From Thiotrichaceae bacterium UBA4486 (lineage in GTDB: Bacteria; Pseudomonadota; Gammaproteobacteria; Eutrophobiales; Eutrophobiaceae), in the NCBI GenBank assembly GCA_002389045.1, contig DGNS01000015.1:196217-260216 (forward strand): a stretch of DNA of 64,000 nucleotides. The letters run 5' to 3'. Each line of letters begins with the position of its first letter. Position 1 is the first letter of the stretch. This document shows positions 8,255-16,665 of this stretch, piece after piece. The translations under genes and the position numbers were made by a program. The notes beneath the pieces were generated by a model. That model made no database searches, was not told the DNA's origin, and saw only the letters and a program-made list of their open reading frames with translations.

Positions 8255-9820
8255 TCAGGCTGCTGATTGCAGGCACTGTTCGGTCTTGCAGCGGTTGCGG
8301 CCGTCGCTTTTGGCAGCGTAAAGCGCCTCATCCGCGCGCTTGAATACCGTTTCAGTGCTGTCTTCCCCACGAAATTCGGCCATGCCGATGGATATGGTGA
8401 TGGGCACGGACTGGTCGCTGTAGTGAAAATGACACTCCTCGATGATGCCGCGCAGGTTTTCAAGGGCCTTCAGCGCCTGGTCGAGCCGGGTATCAGGGAG
8501 CAGCAGCACAAATTCCTCGCCACCGAATCGGGCGAGAAAATCCGCGCTGCGGATGTTGTTGCCACAGACCTCGGCAACGGCTTTCAGAACCTTGTCGCCG
8601 GCCTTGTGCCCCCAGGTGTCATTAACACTCTTGAAATGATCGATGTCCAGCACCGCCAGTGTCAGCGGGTACTGGTTGCGCCGGTAACGCTGCACTTCGT
8701 CCGCGAAGCGTTCATTGAAAGCCAGGCGGTTGGGCAGCCCGGTGAGGACATCGTGCATGGCCTCTTTTCTGGCGGTGACGAGTTTTTTTTCCAGGGTGTT
8801 GCAGTGTTTCTGCATGCCGGTGAGTTCGCGGCGCATGGCCATGAGGCGTTGTTCCGATTTGGCATGCTGCCGTGACTCCATTTCGATGTGGGCCTTGAGG
8901 TTTTCATTCACCGTGCTGATATGGGCGTTGACGCAGGTCTTGATCTCCTCGATATCGCTGGTCGAATCGATCTTCATTTGCAGTGATTCGTTGCGCACCA
9001 GAAAGTCCTTTTTCAGGTTCCTGGAATCGGTGAAGGCCTGTTTGTGGTCGTTGATACTGCCGGTGATGTAAGAGTTGAGTTCACCCAGCTGGCCGATGAC
9101 GCCGGAAATATACTGGCGAATATCACGAAACTCGTGCTGCAGTTTTTCGCTGCTCTGATTGATGATTTCCGAGATGTTTTTAACCAGGCTGACCAGGCCG
9201 GCGCTATCCTTGCTGCGATGGATTTTTTGCTTGATGTTTTCGAGTTCGCCGGCGGCTTCGGCGGGTAGACGGATATATTCGATCAGGTTCAGCACCAGTT
9301 CCCGGTTACAGGAACGCCCGGATTCGGAGCCGGCCGTTAACAGGTGGATGGTTTCATTGACAATTTCCAGGTGATCCTGCTGCGCCTTTATGCTGCGGAC
9401 ACGGTCCTTGAGCCTGATGAATTCATCGGCCTGTTCGTGACTGAGCGCCAGCTTGCTGATCAGTTCCAGGAACAACTCCGGTTTATCACTTGTGTCCTGT
9501 TTGCGCGCCAGGTCGCGGGCGTCTGTGTAGTCGAGGACGTCATTGATGGCCTCCTCTATCAGTGTGTCGCGCTGTTCCTCGCTGCCGGCATTGCGAATCG
9601 ACGTTTTGAAGGTCTTGATGATGTTGTCGAGCTCTTCGCTTTCACCCAGATGGGAGAAGATCAGTTTCAGGATATTCTTATTCAGGCGGGTGCGTGTTTC
9701 CCGCCACTGCTCTTCCATATCGCCGGAATGCCCGGTTTTGGACTGTCCACGGTGCTGATCTGGTTTACGGTTGTCTGACATGAGTTTCCCGGGTCCTGGT
9801 TCCTGCACCGGCGGGATCAC
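8255..9820 (-). CDS. Diguanylate cyclase, a paralogue of the upstream gene: coiled-coil N-terminus plus GGDEF with GGEEF and RxxD.
   Basis: 521 aa. The motifs LTGLPNRLAFNERF...RFGGEEFVLLLPD and an RSAD I-site are present. The N-terminal region (LNKNILKLIFSHLGESEELDNIIKTFKTSIRNAGSEEQR) aligns with that of the neighbour (LKKTILKLVFSFAGIDPDIDDEIAKLKNNLRHAGSEDER). Confidence 0.85.
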   Translation of the reverse strand: MIPPVQEPGPGKLMSDNRKPDQHRGQSKTGHSGDMEEQWRETRTRLNKNILKLIFSHLGESEELDNIIKTFKTSIRNAGSEEQRDTLIEEAINDVLDYTDARDLARKQDTSDKPELFLELISKLALSHEQADEFIRLKDRVRSIKAQQDHLEIVNETIHLLTAGSESGRSCNRELVLNLIEYIRLPAEAAGELENIKQKIHRSKDSAGLVSLVKNISEIINQSSEKLQHEFRDIRQYISGVIGQLGELNSYITGSINDHKQAFTDSRNLKKDFLVRNESLQMKIDSTSDIEEIKTCVNAHISTVNENLKAHIEMESRQHAKSEQRLMAMRRELTGMQKHCNTLEKKLVTARKEAMHDVLTGLPNRLAFNERFADEVQRYRRNQYPLTLAVLDIDHFKSVNDTWGHKAGDKVLKAVAEVCGNNIRSADFLARFGGEEFVLLLPDTRLDQALKALENLRGIIEECHFHYSDQSVPITISIGMAEFRGEDSTETVFKRADEALYAAKSDGRNRCKTEQCLQSAA

Positions 9821-9903
9821 CTGGTACGCCGACGCGGCAGCGTCGGTTCAGGCATGAACGAGAATACCCCGGGCTATAAATCCGGGGCGGGTGTGAAAAC
9901 CGA

Positions 9904-10512
9904 CTACTGTGCAGATTCCTTATCGACCAGGGCGTTGGTGGCCTTTAGCATGTTTTCAAAGCTGCCGGCGATGGAAGGGCCGGTGAGGTACTTGCCATTG
10001 ATGATGATGGAAGGCACGCCGCGGATCTGGTAGCGGCGGCCCATGAGCAGGGCTTTTTTGATCTTGTCATTGACGGCGTCGGACTCATAGGCCCGATCGA
10101 AGGCGCTTTCATCGATTCCGTTATCGGAGAACAGTTTTCGTAATTCGGCCTGGCTGCCCAGTCGCTGGCCTTTTTTATGGATGGCGTCAAACATGGGCTG
10201 GTGGACGCTATCCAGCACACCCAGTTCCAGTGCGGTGTAGTAGGCGCGGGCATGAGGAATCCAGGATTCCCTGAAAATGCCGGGCATGCGTTTGAATTCC
10301 ACCTGCTCGGGTTTGTTTCTGATCCATTCCTCAAGGTGCGGTTCGAAGTCGTAGCAGTGCGGACAACCGTACCAGAACACTTCCAGGACCTCGATCTTGC
10401 CAGGGGCGACATCCGTGGGTTGCGGGGTGTCCAGGGTGACGTAGGTATCGGCGGCGAGTGCCGGCGCGCCGAGCAACAGCAGGAAGGTAAAAAACAGCTT
10501 CTTCAATAACAT
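9904..10512 (-). CDS. dsbA: Periplasmic thiol:disulfide interchange protein DsbA
   Basis: 202 aa with a signal peptide, a CPHC active site (WYGCPHCYDFEP) and a thioredoxin fold. Confidence 0.85.
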   Translation of the reverse strand: MLLKKLFFTFLLLLGAPALAADTYVTLDTPQPTDVAPGKIEVLEVFWYGCPHCYDFEPHLEEWIRNKPEQVEFKRMPGIFRESWIPHARAYYTALELGVLDSVHQPMFDAIHKKGQRLGSQAELRKLFSDNGIDESAFDRAYESDAVNDKIKKALLMGRRYQIRGVPSIIINGKYLTGPSIAGSFENMLKATNALVDKESAQ

Positions 10513-10704
10513 GGTTCTAATCCTTGGTAAATTATGTGTTCGCTGACCGGATACGGGTGTTCATGTCGCAGGAGTTGCCTGTATGGCGGTGTTGCGCCTG
10601 GGCCCGCTTTGCATGCATTAATTGATTCGCCCGCATTGATATGGTTTCACTGCCGCGGCCGGTGCGTGCATTTTGTCACAGTAATGACGGGACCGTAGCA
10701 GTGA

Positions 10705-11304
10705 TTAATGCAAGCCCTGGACGTATTCGGAGACCGCCTTGATTTCCTCGGCGCTCATTTTGTTGGCGATGGTCCGCATGATCATGTTAACCCGTGTGCC
10801 GGCGCGGTAGGCATTCAACTGGGTCTCGACGTATGCGGCATGCTGACCGCTGAGCGCCGGGTACTGTGCGGGTGCATTACCTTCACCGGCGGGACCGTGG
10901 CAGGCCATGCAAGCCGGGACTCCGGTGTCCGCGTTGCCCGCCCGGTAGACTTTTTCGCCGCTGACGACATATTCAGGCGGGGTCTGGCCGATACGGCCCT
11001 TGCGCGTACTGTACCAGGCGGCGAGATCCTCGATATCCTGGTCACTGAGATTGGCAGCCATGGGTGACATCTGTGCATTCTCGCGTTCGCCGTTTCTGAA
11101 AAAATGCAATTGTGAGATCAGGTACCCTTCTCCCTGTCCGGCCAGATTGGGCCAGACCGGGTTGCTGCTGTTGCCATCGGCGCCGTGGCAGGCCGCACAG
11201 ACCTGTGACTTCTGCTCACCGGCCTTGATATCTCCGGCAGCGAGGCCGGTACGAATCGACAGTATTAAAAAAAAGGCACACAAAAATAACAGGACTCGCT
11301 TCAT
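10705..11304 (-). CDS. Cytochrome c4 (dihaem c-type cytochrome)
   Basis: 199 aa with a signal peptide and two CxxCH haem-binding motifs (CAACHG, CMACHG). The cc4-dsbA-engB neighbourhood follows the Pseudomonas arrangement. Confidence 0.85.
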   Translation of the reverse strand: MKRVLLFLCAFFLILSIRTGLAAGDIKAGEQKSQVCAACHGADGNSSNPVWPNLAGQGEGYLISQLHFFRNGERENAQMSPMAANLSDQDIEDLAAWYSTRKGRIGQTPPEYVVSGEKVYRAGNADTGVPACMACHGPAGEGNAPAQYPALSGQHAAYVETQLNAYRAGTRVNMIMRTIANKMSAEEIKAVSEYVQGLH

Positions 11305-11530
11305 TTTTGGTTTTTTCCGGTATTGAATTCAAGACAGGGGCAGCTTAAATCCGCTTGCCGGGCAAGTAAAGAACACAAGTTGCGCCAGATCATGGGATAT
11401 TCACATTCTTTGCCGTCGCGATGCTTTACAAGCCCGCGAATTTAACGTTTCATCCCGGCATGCATGGTACGACTTACGGACGCGACACAGACACGACAGA
11501 TCGCCACAACTACAGGCCTCTGAGGCAACC

Positions 11531-12121
11531 ATGACGGATCGCTATGCGCAGACCCGTTTCCTGATTTCGGCCGCGGAGCTGTTGCAGTTACCGGCGGATA
11601 CCGGTACGGAGGTGGCTTTCGCCGGGCGCTCCAATACCGGTAAATCCAGCGTCATTAATGCACTCACCCGTCAAAACGCACTGGCGCGAGTCAGCAAGAC
11701 GCCGGGGCGCACCCGCCTGTTGAACTGTTTCGAGGTTATGCCCGGGCAGCGCATTATCGATCTGCCGGGCTACGGTTATGCAAAAGTACCCGAGCGCATC
11801 CGATCGCATTGGGGCGAAGTGCTGGAAGGCTATTTCCAGACCCGCGATTCACTCAGGGGGTTGATCCTTATCGTGGATATTCGTCATGGGCTGAAGCCCA
11901 CGGATCGCCAGATGCAGGCCTGGTGTGAAAGTCGTGATTTGCCCCTGCATATCGTTTTGAACAAGGCTGACAAGCTGTCCCGCGGGGCAGCCGCCGGGCG
12001 TAAGCAGGCGCTTGAGACCGAACCCGGTCATTACGGCAGTGTCCAGGTGTTTTCCGCCCTGAAAAAAACCGGGCTGGAGCAATTGACTGCCAGGCTGGAT
12101 GAGTGGTTCGACGTGAAATAA
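11531..12121 (+). CDS. engB: Ribosome biogenesis GTP-binding protein EngB/YihA
   Basis: 196 aa with the G1 motif GRSNTGKSS and a DxPG motif. Canonical EngB. Confidence 0.9.
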   Translation: MTDRYAQTRFLISAAELLQLPADTGTEVAFAGRSNTGKSSVINALTRQNALARVSKTPGRTRLLNCFEVMPGQRIIDLPGYGYAKVPERIRSHWGEVLEGYFQTRDSLRGLILIVDIRHGLKPTDRQMQAWCESRDLPLHIVLNKADKLSRGAAAGRKQALETEPGHYGSVQVFSALKKTGLEQLTARLDEWFDVK

Positions 12122-12463
12122 GCGGCCATCAGGCAAAAAAAAATGGCCCCGGGTTGTCAAGGGGAGGTAGGCATTCCGGGGCCTAATCATACCCGGCTGG
12201 GGAGACCGGGTTCGTTAGCTGTCCAGGGAGGGGGACAGCAACTTTCTTGCGTTAAATATTAGAACGCATCATGTTGTAGTAAGTTCACAGCCATGCTATC
12301 GATTATGCCAATTCACGGCTTTTATACACAATATATGGCATAAACCGACGTCATGCAGATTTTCTGCTTTCAGGATACCTCTGGAGGCCGCATTGAGCCG
12401 TGTAACTATATGTTATTTATAGTAAATAGTCCAACTGGTTAAATTTTAACAGATCTGTAATAC

Positions 12464-12484
12464 AAGGCTTAAAAAAAGCCTTTT
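12464..12484. terminator. Hairpin plus T-run (AAGGCTT-AAAAAAA-AGCCTTTT) in the 520-bp AT-rich spacer between the convergent engB and M48 peptidase genes.
   Basis: A 7-bp stem with a following T-run. Possibly a bidirectional terminator. Confidence 0.4.
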
Positions 12485-12641
12485 ACCATTATCCAGACGA
12501 TTTAATCCACAATGTTGTCCACTGATTTTGTGGATAAATATCAATCCGTTTTTTTGCAGTGAGTTAAGCAAAATTAATAACAGAAAGTGTTAAGCACGGC
12601 GTCTAAGTCTATGATGGTGCATCGCAACAGATCGCGGTTTT

Positions 12642-14105
12642 TTACTCCACGATTTTGATGAGTGAACCCGGCTCGGGTTCACCGTCGGGGTATAACGCGT
12701 TCAACAGCCGGAGTTGCTCCACGGCGTATTGCTTCAACGGGGATTGTTCAGCCAGGGCGGCGAAGCTGGTGTCTACCACTTCAGTGATTTTCAGTCTCAA
12801 CGGCCGGGCGAGGATGCGTTCATTCGGGGTCATGGCATGAAAACTTTTCATACTGTCGAGAAAGACCGTGTCGTAGCGGGCGATGGCTTGCGGATCTTTT
12901 GTGATCCCGGCGAGGATGAAGGCCCGGTTGTTGAAATATATCACCGTCAGCCGGGCCAGGCGCTGACCGAAGCTGGTGTTGATGGTGGAGGTGCCCGTGT
13001 GGGCCTCGTTGCCATGAATATTCAGTACGCTGTCGTTGCCGAGGTTGTTTAGACCCAGGCGCTCGATCATGAATTGTCGTGGCGAGATACGCTTGTTCAG
13101 ATCCTCGGTGGACAGTTGCAGCACGGCCTCGCCGCCCGGCGCCGTGATCAGCAGCCGGTCCGGCCGGTTGGTCATGTTCCAGCCACGTGGAAAGCTGAAC
13201 GTGAATCCCAGATCCTCGTGATAGAAATTATTGCCGCGGGTAATACCCTCTTTGGGACTGTCACCGAAAACCACGCCGTCAAGCTGGTCCAGAAAGACTT
13301 CCTTGCCAACGTAGGATGTGTCGCCGGTTTTCAGGGCATCGGCGAGCCCGACCACTTCCTGCAAACGCGTGTCATTATCGGGATGGGTGGAGAACACGCC
13401 GTGGTAAATACGCGGTTCCCGTCCCTCTGCTTTCGCACGCTGGCTTTCGAAGATTTCCTGGTTTTTCAGCACCCCGATCACATCCAGCATGGCTTCGGGT
13501 TCATAACCGGTGGAGGCCAGGTATTCGGCGCCGAGGCGATCGGCTTCCAGCTCATGTTCACGCCCGTAGCCGCGCAGGAGGGCGGTGCCGAAGATGTTGA
13601 CCAGTTGGTTGGCGGCGGCGTTATTCATGCCGGGAATAAAAATGGCGCCGAGTGTCGCGCCGATATTCGCCATCTGGGTGGCGCTGTACTGGCGCACCGA
13701 GTGCCGCGCGGTGACATGACCGATTTCGTGGCCGAGTACGGCGGCCAGTTCCGCCTCGCTGTTCAGGTAGGCCATGAGGCCGCGGGTGATGTAGATGTAT
13801 CCACCCGGCAGGGCGAAGGCATTGACCTCGTCGCTGTCGAGCACGGTAAAGCGATAAATCAGGTTGTTGCGGTGGCTCTTTCGGGCCAGGCGCTCGCCGA
13901 CCTGCTGGACGAAGACCTGTAATTCCGGATCGTCGTAAACGCCGTACTGGTCCAGCACCTGTTGATGGGTCTGGCGGCCGAGGGTGATTTCCTGCTGCTC
14001 GGACATGAAGACGATATCCTGTTCGCCGGTGACCGGGTTGGTGGCGCAGGCACCGAGTTGCAACAGGGCCGTTAACAGAAGCGGTAGTCGTAGGGGTTTC
14101 ATCAT
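12642..14105 (-). CDS. M48-family zinc metallopeptidase lipoprotein (BepA/LoiP-like)
   Basis: 487 aa. It has an HEIGH zinc-binding motif plus a downstream EHELEADR, and a lipobox LQLGAC in the signal peptide. Confidence 0.7.
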   Translation of the reverse strand: MMKPLRLPLLLTALLQLGACATNPVTGEQDIVFMSEQQEITLGRQTHQQVLDQYGVYDDPELQVFVQQVGERLARKSHRNNLIYRFTVLDSDEVNAFALPGGYIYITRGLMAYLNSEAELAAVLGHEIGHVTARHSVRQYSATQMANIGATLGAIFIPGMNNAAANQLVNIFGTALLRGYGREHELEADRLGAEYLASTGYEPEAMLDVIGVLKNQEIFESQRAKAEGREPRIYHGVFSTHPDNDTRLQEVVGLADALKTGDTSYVGKEVFLDQLDGVVFGDSPKEGITRGNNFYHEDLGFTFSFPRGWNMTNRPDRLLITAPGGEAVLQLSTEDLNKRISPRQFMIERLGLNNLGNDSVLNIHGNEAHTGTSTINTSFGQRLARLTVIYFNNRAFILAGITKDPQAIARYDTVFLDSMKSFHAMTPNERILARPLRLKITEVVDTSFAALAEQSPLKQYAVEQLRLLNALYPDGEPEPGSLIKIVE

Positions 14106-14173
14106 GACAAATCTTATGACAGCCTTTTTATAAAATCATTGCATTCGTGTCTGATCCCGGCGTGACGGGTGCA

Positions 14174-14203
14174 TAAAAAAAGCGCCGCTGGGGCGCTTTT
14201 TTC
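14174..14203 (-). terminator. Rho-independent terminator downstream of rpmE
   Basis: GCGCC-GCTGG-GGCGC hairpin flanked by an A-run and a T-run (AAAAAAAGCGCCGCTGGGGCGCTTTTTT). Confidence 0.7.
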
Positions 14204-14225
14204 AAGTAACCATGGCCTGGATGTA

Positions 14226-14426
14226 TTACATCCCGTATTTGCGGCGGAACTTGTCCACGCGGCCGGCGGTATCGAGCATTTTCTGTTTGCCGGTGTAAAA
14301 AGGATGACACTGGGAGCAGACGTCGATGTGCAGGTCCCTGGTGTGCGTGGAGCGGGTTTTGAAGGTGTTGCCGCAACTGCAGGTGACGCTGATTTCTTCG
14401 TAGGCGGGGTGGATCTCTGCTTTCAT
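14226..14426 (-). CDS. rpmE: 50S ribosomal protein L31 (zinc-ribbon type A)
   Basis: 66 aa. [12 protein letters not shown]...CSCGNTF...[12 protein letters not shown] is the classic L31 sequence with CxC...CxxC. Confidence 0.9.
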   Translation of the reverse strand: MKAEIHPAYEEISVTCSCGNTFKTRSTHTRDLHIDVCSQCHPFYTGKQKMLDTAGRVDKFRRKYGM

Positions 14427-14516
14427 GGTGCTTGCCGTCGTTAAGTGGGGTTAACTGTGGGCGGCGAGTGTATTCGAATCGGGGGGCGGAATCAATTGCT
14501 TCCGGGCGAAATCGGC

Positions 14517-14885
14517 TCAATCAGCATCTCCGCCGGGTTTGTCGAAATGTATGACCGTGGCCTCCCTGCGCGCCCGTGTATTTCGGGTTTCCGGGCTCTT
14601 GCCCAGATCCTCGATGGTCTGCACCAGGCCATCCTCGCCCAGCACCGAATCCCACATCATGGAGGAAAGTCTCAGGCAGGAGGCCATGGGATTGTTCGCG
14701 GTCTGGCGAATCCGGTCGATCCGCCATTGCAGACCCTGCATGCGCTGGCGCATGTTTTCCGGTACGGCCGCGATCATGTCGCGGATTTTTTCCTCGCGCA
14801 GGCGTTCGAACCGTTCCGGATCTTCCCTGGCAAGAGTAACCCATTCGTCAAAATCGAAATTTGTGGATTGGTCCTTTTTGCTCAT
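14517..14885 (-). CDS. Conserved hypothetical protein (DUF3135-like)
   Basis: 122 aa, acidic and helical, with no assignable motif. The call is by weak recollection only. Confidence 0.3.
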   Translation of the reverse strand: MSKKDQSTNFDFDEWVTLAREDPERFERLREEKIRDMIAAVPENMRQRMQGLQWRIDRIRQTANNPMASCLRLSSMMWDSVLGEDGLVQTIEDLGKSPETRNTRARREATVIHFDKPGGDAD

Positions 14886-15002
14886 ATATCTGGAGTATCC
14901 CGCGTTGTGAGAGCGTATGTATTATTATCGTTGACCGGCCTCGACATTGCATGGCTGAAATGTCGCCCCTGATCTTTATTTCGGGCGCGGGAAGGAAAAT
15001 CT

Positions 15003-15788
15003 TTAAGGCTGGCGGATATCGATATCGAAACTGGCCACGACCGGGGTATGATCTGACGGCCTTTCCAGGGTTCTCGGTTCGGTATCGATACTGCAGGCGA
15101 CGAGCTGTTGGCCGAGGGCTTTATCGGCAAGAATGTGATCGATACGCAGGCCGCGGTTGCGACGGAACGCCGCGGCACGGTAATCCCACCAGGAATAGGC
15201 GCCGGGGTTGCTGTCCAGCATGCGGTAACAGTCGACCAGCCCGTGGTCGATAAGCTTCCGGAACTCGGCGCGCTCGGCATCGCTGACGAGTACCTTGCCG
15301 GCCCACTCTTCCGGGTCGTGTACATCGATATCCGCCGGTGCGACGTTGAAATCGCCCACTATCACGAGATGCTGTTTTTCTTTCAGCAATTGCCGGATAT
15401 ACGGATGCAGGCGATCGAACCAGTCCAGCTTGTAGAGGTATTTTTCCGAGCCGACCTCGGAACCGTTCGGCACATACAGGTTCAGCAAGGTGACCGGACC
15501 GTAGTCGGCGGCGATGACCCGCTGCTGCGGATCGCTGTAGTCCGGGATCCCGCATTGTGGCGAAGCAGGCGGGATCCGGCTGAGAATGGCCACGCCATTG
15601 TAGGTTTTCTGGCCGCTGACGACGGCGTGGTAGCCGAGTTCCAGGAAGTCATCCGCCGGGAACTGCTCGCTGGTCATCTTGATTTCCTGCAGCGCCAGCA
15701 AATCCGGCTGGTGATTTTGCAGCCAGGCGACGACGTGCGCTTGCCGTACCCGCAGCGAGTTAACGTTCCAGGTGGCGACGGTCAGCAC
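15003..15788 (-). CDS. xthA: Exodeoxyribonuclease III
   Basis: 261 aa. The N-terminus MLTVATWNVNSLRVR...LALQEIK matches the XthA/APE1 family. Confidence 0.9.
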   Translation of the reverse strand: MLTVATWNVNSLRVRQAHVVAWLQNHQPDLLALQEIKMTSEQFPADDFLELGYHAVVSGQKTYNGVAILSRIPPASPQCGIPDYSDPQQRVIAADYGPVTLLNLYVPNGSEVGSEKYLYKLDWFDRLHPYIRQLLKEKQHLVIVGDFNVAPADIDVHDPEEWAGKVLVSDAERAEFRKLIDHGLVDCYRMLDSNPGAYSWWDYRAAAFRRNRGLRIDHILADKALGQQLVACSIDTEPRTLERPSDHTPVVASFDIDIRQP

Positions 15789-15843
15789 GGGTACATCAGG
15801 TGGACATTAGCAGGCAGACATCGAGTTACGGGACACGCCGGAA

Positions 15844-16608
15844 TCAGACCCGGAAGCCGCTGTGTTTGCGGCGGTGGAATATGTCGTAAATCAACAGACC
15901 CAGGATCAGACCGATGGCCAGTGCCACGAGGATGTAGACGAGGTGACGCTTGAGATCGCCACTGCGGCTTTTCAGGGCCAGAATTTCCTGCTTGATGGAA
16001 CCCTCGTCGGGCGGGTTACGCAGCAGGGCCAGTTTGTCCTCGAGTTCGATGTTTTGTTGTTCGAGTTCGGAAATGCGCTGGTAAAGCGCCTGGTTGTCCG
16101 CGCCGGCATCACCGCTGACGGGCGCCGCGGTCTTGCGCAGTTTGGAGATTTCAGCCTGTAATTCGCCGGCCTGCAAGCGAACAGATTTGATTTCCTGTTG
16201 CAGTTTGCTGTTTTCTTCGCTGAGGGCCTGCAGTTGTGGCTGATCCTGCTGTTGCTGCAGGCGGGCCTCGAGCTTGCTGATCTCGTTTTTCAGCTGTGTA
16301 TTGCGGCTGCTGACTTCCTCGAACAGGCGGCGGGTGGGTTTTTCCGGTTGCAGGTATTCGTTCTTGATCCAGCCGGTGACATCGGCCTCGTCACGTACCT
16401 GGGCCAGTTTGTCGTCCCGGGCCAGGATCTCCAGTTCATCTCCGGTGGCCAGCAACTTGATGATGGGACTGTCGAGGCTGTTTTCCTGGTGCAGCCCGAC
16501 CTCGATCCGGTCGATGACATAGGCGACCTCGGCAGCCACCGTAAGCGGCGCCATGAGCGTGACTGCCAGGCAGACCTGGATGATTTTCCCCGTATCGATT
16601 CCGTGCAT
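15844..16608 (-). CDS. SH3-domain / coiled-coil protein with a C-terminal TM anchor (YgiM/TIGR04211-like)
   Basis: 254 aa with a signal peptide, an SH3b-like segment (VIDRIEVGLHQENSL...GWIKNEYL), a long Q/E-rich coiled coil and a C-terminal TM helix. Confidence 0.5.
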   Translation of the reverse strand: MHGIDTGKIIQVCLAVTLMAPLTVAAEVAYVIDRIEVGLHQENSLDSPIIKLLATGDELEILARDDKLAQVRDEADVTGWIKNEYLQPEKPTRRLFEEVSSRNTQLKNEISKLEARLQQQQDQPQLQALSEENSKLQQEIKSVRLQAGELQAEISKLRKTAAPVSGDAGADNQALYQRISELEQQNIELEDKLALLRNPPDEGSIKQEILALKSRSGDLKRHLVYILVALAIGLILGLLIYDIFHRRKHSGFRV

Positions 16609-16665
16609 GTGCTGGATTATATCGTTTCCATGCTTTGGTGAATGTTATTTCCCTGAAGATATGGA

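Noticed and set aside
12122-12641. Possibility that the AT-rich spacer is a tRNA/tmRNA/6S locus
   Set aside because: No cloverleaf or recognisable conserved ncRNA motifs could be found by eye. It is kept only as a generic sRNA candidate in the findings.
13074-13922. 282-aa plus-strand ORF antisense to the M48 peptidase gene, and the smaller ORFs 12714..13052, 13316..13600 and 13859..14053
   Set aside because: They are antisense to a gene with an HExxH motif and a lipobox. Their composition is typical of a GC-rich reverse frame.
14445-15953. ORFs 14445..14972, 14521..14844, 14539..14910, 14576..14839, 14861..15253, 14882..15325, 15108..15953 and 15121..15555
   Set aside because: These are overlapping alternative frames of the DUF3135-like and xthA genes. 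The xthA frame has the diagnostic exonuclease III N-terminus, and the others are R/P/G-rich artefacts.
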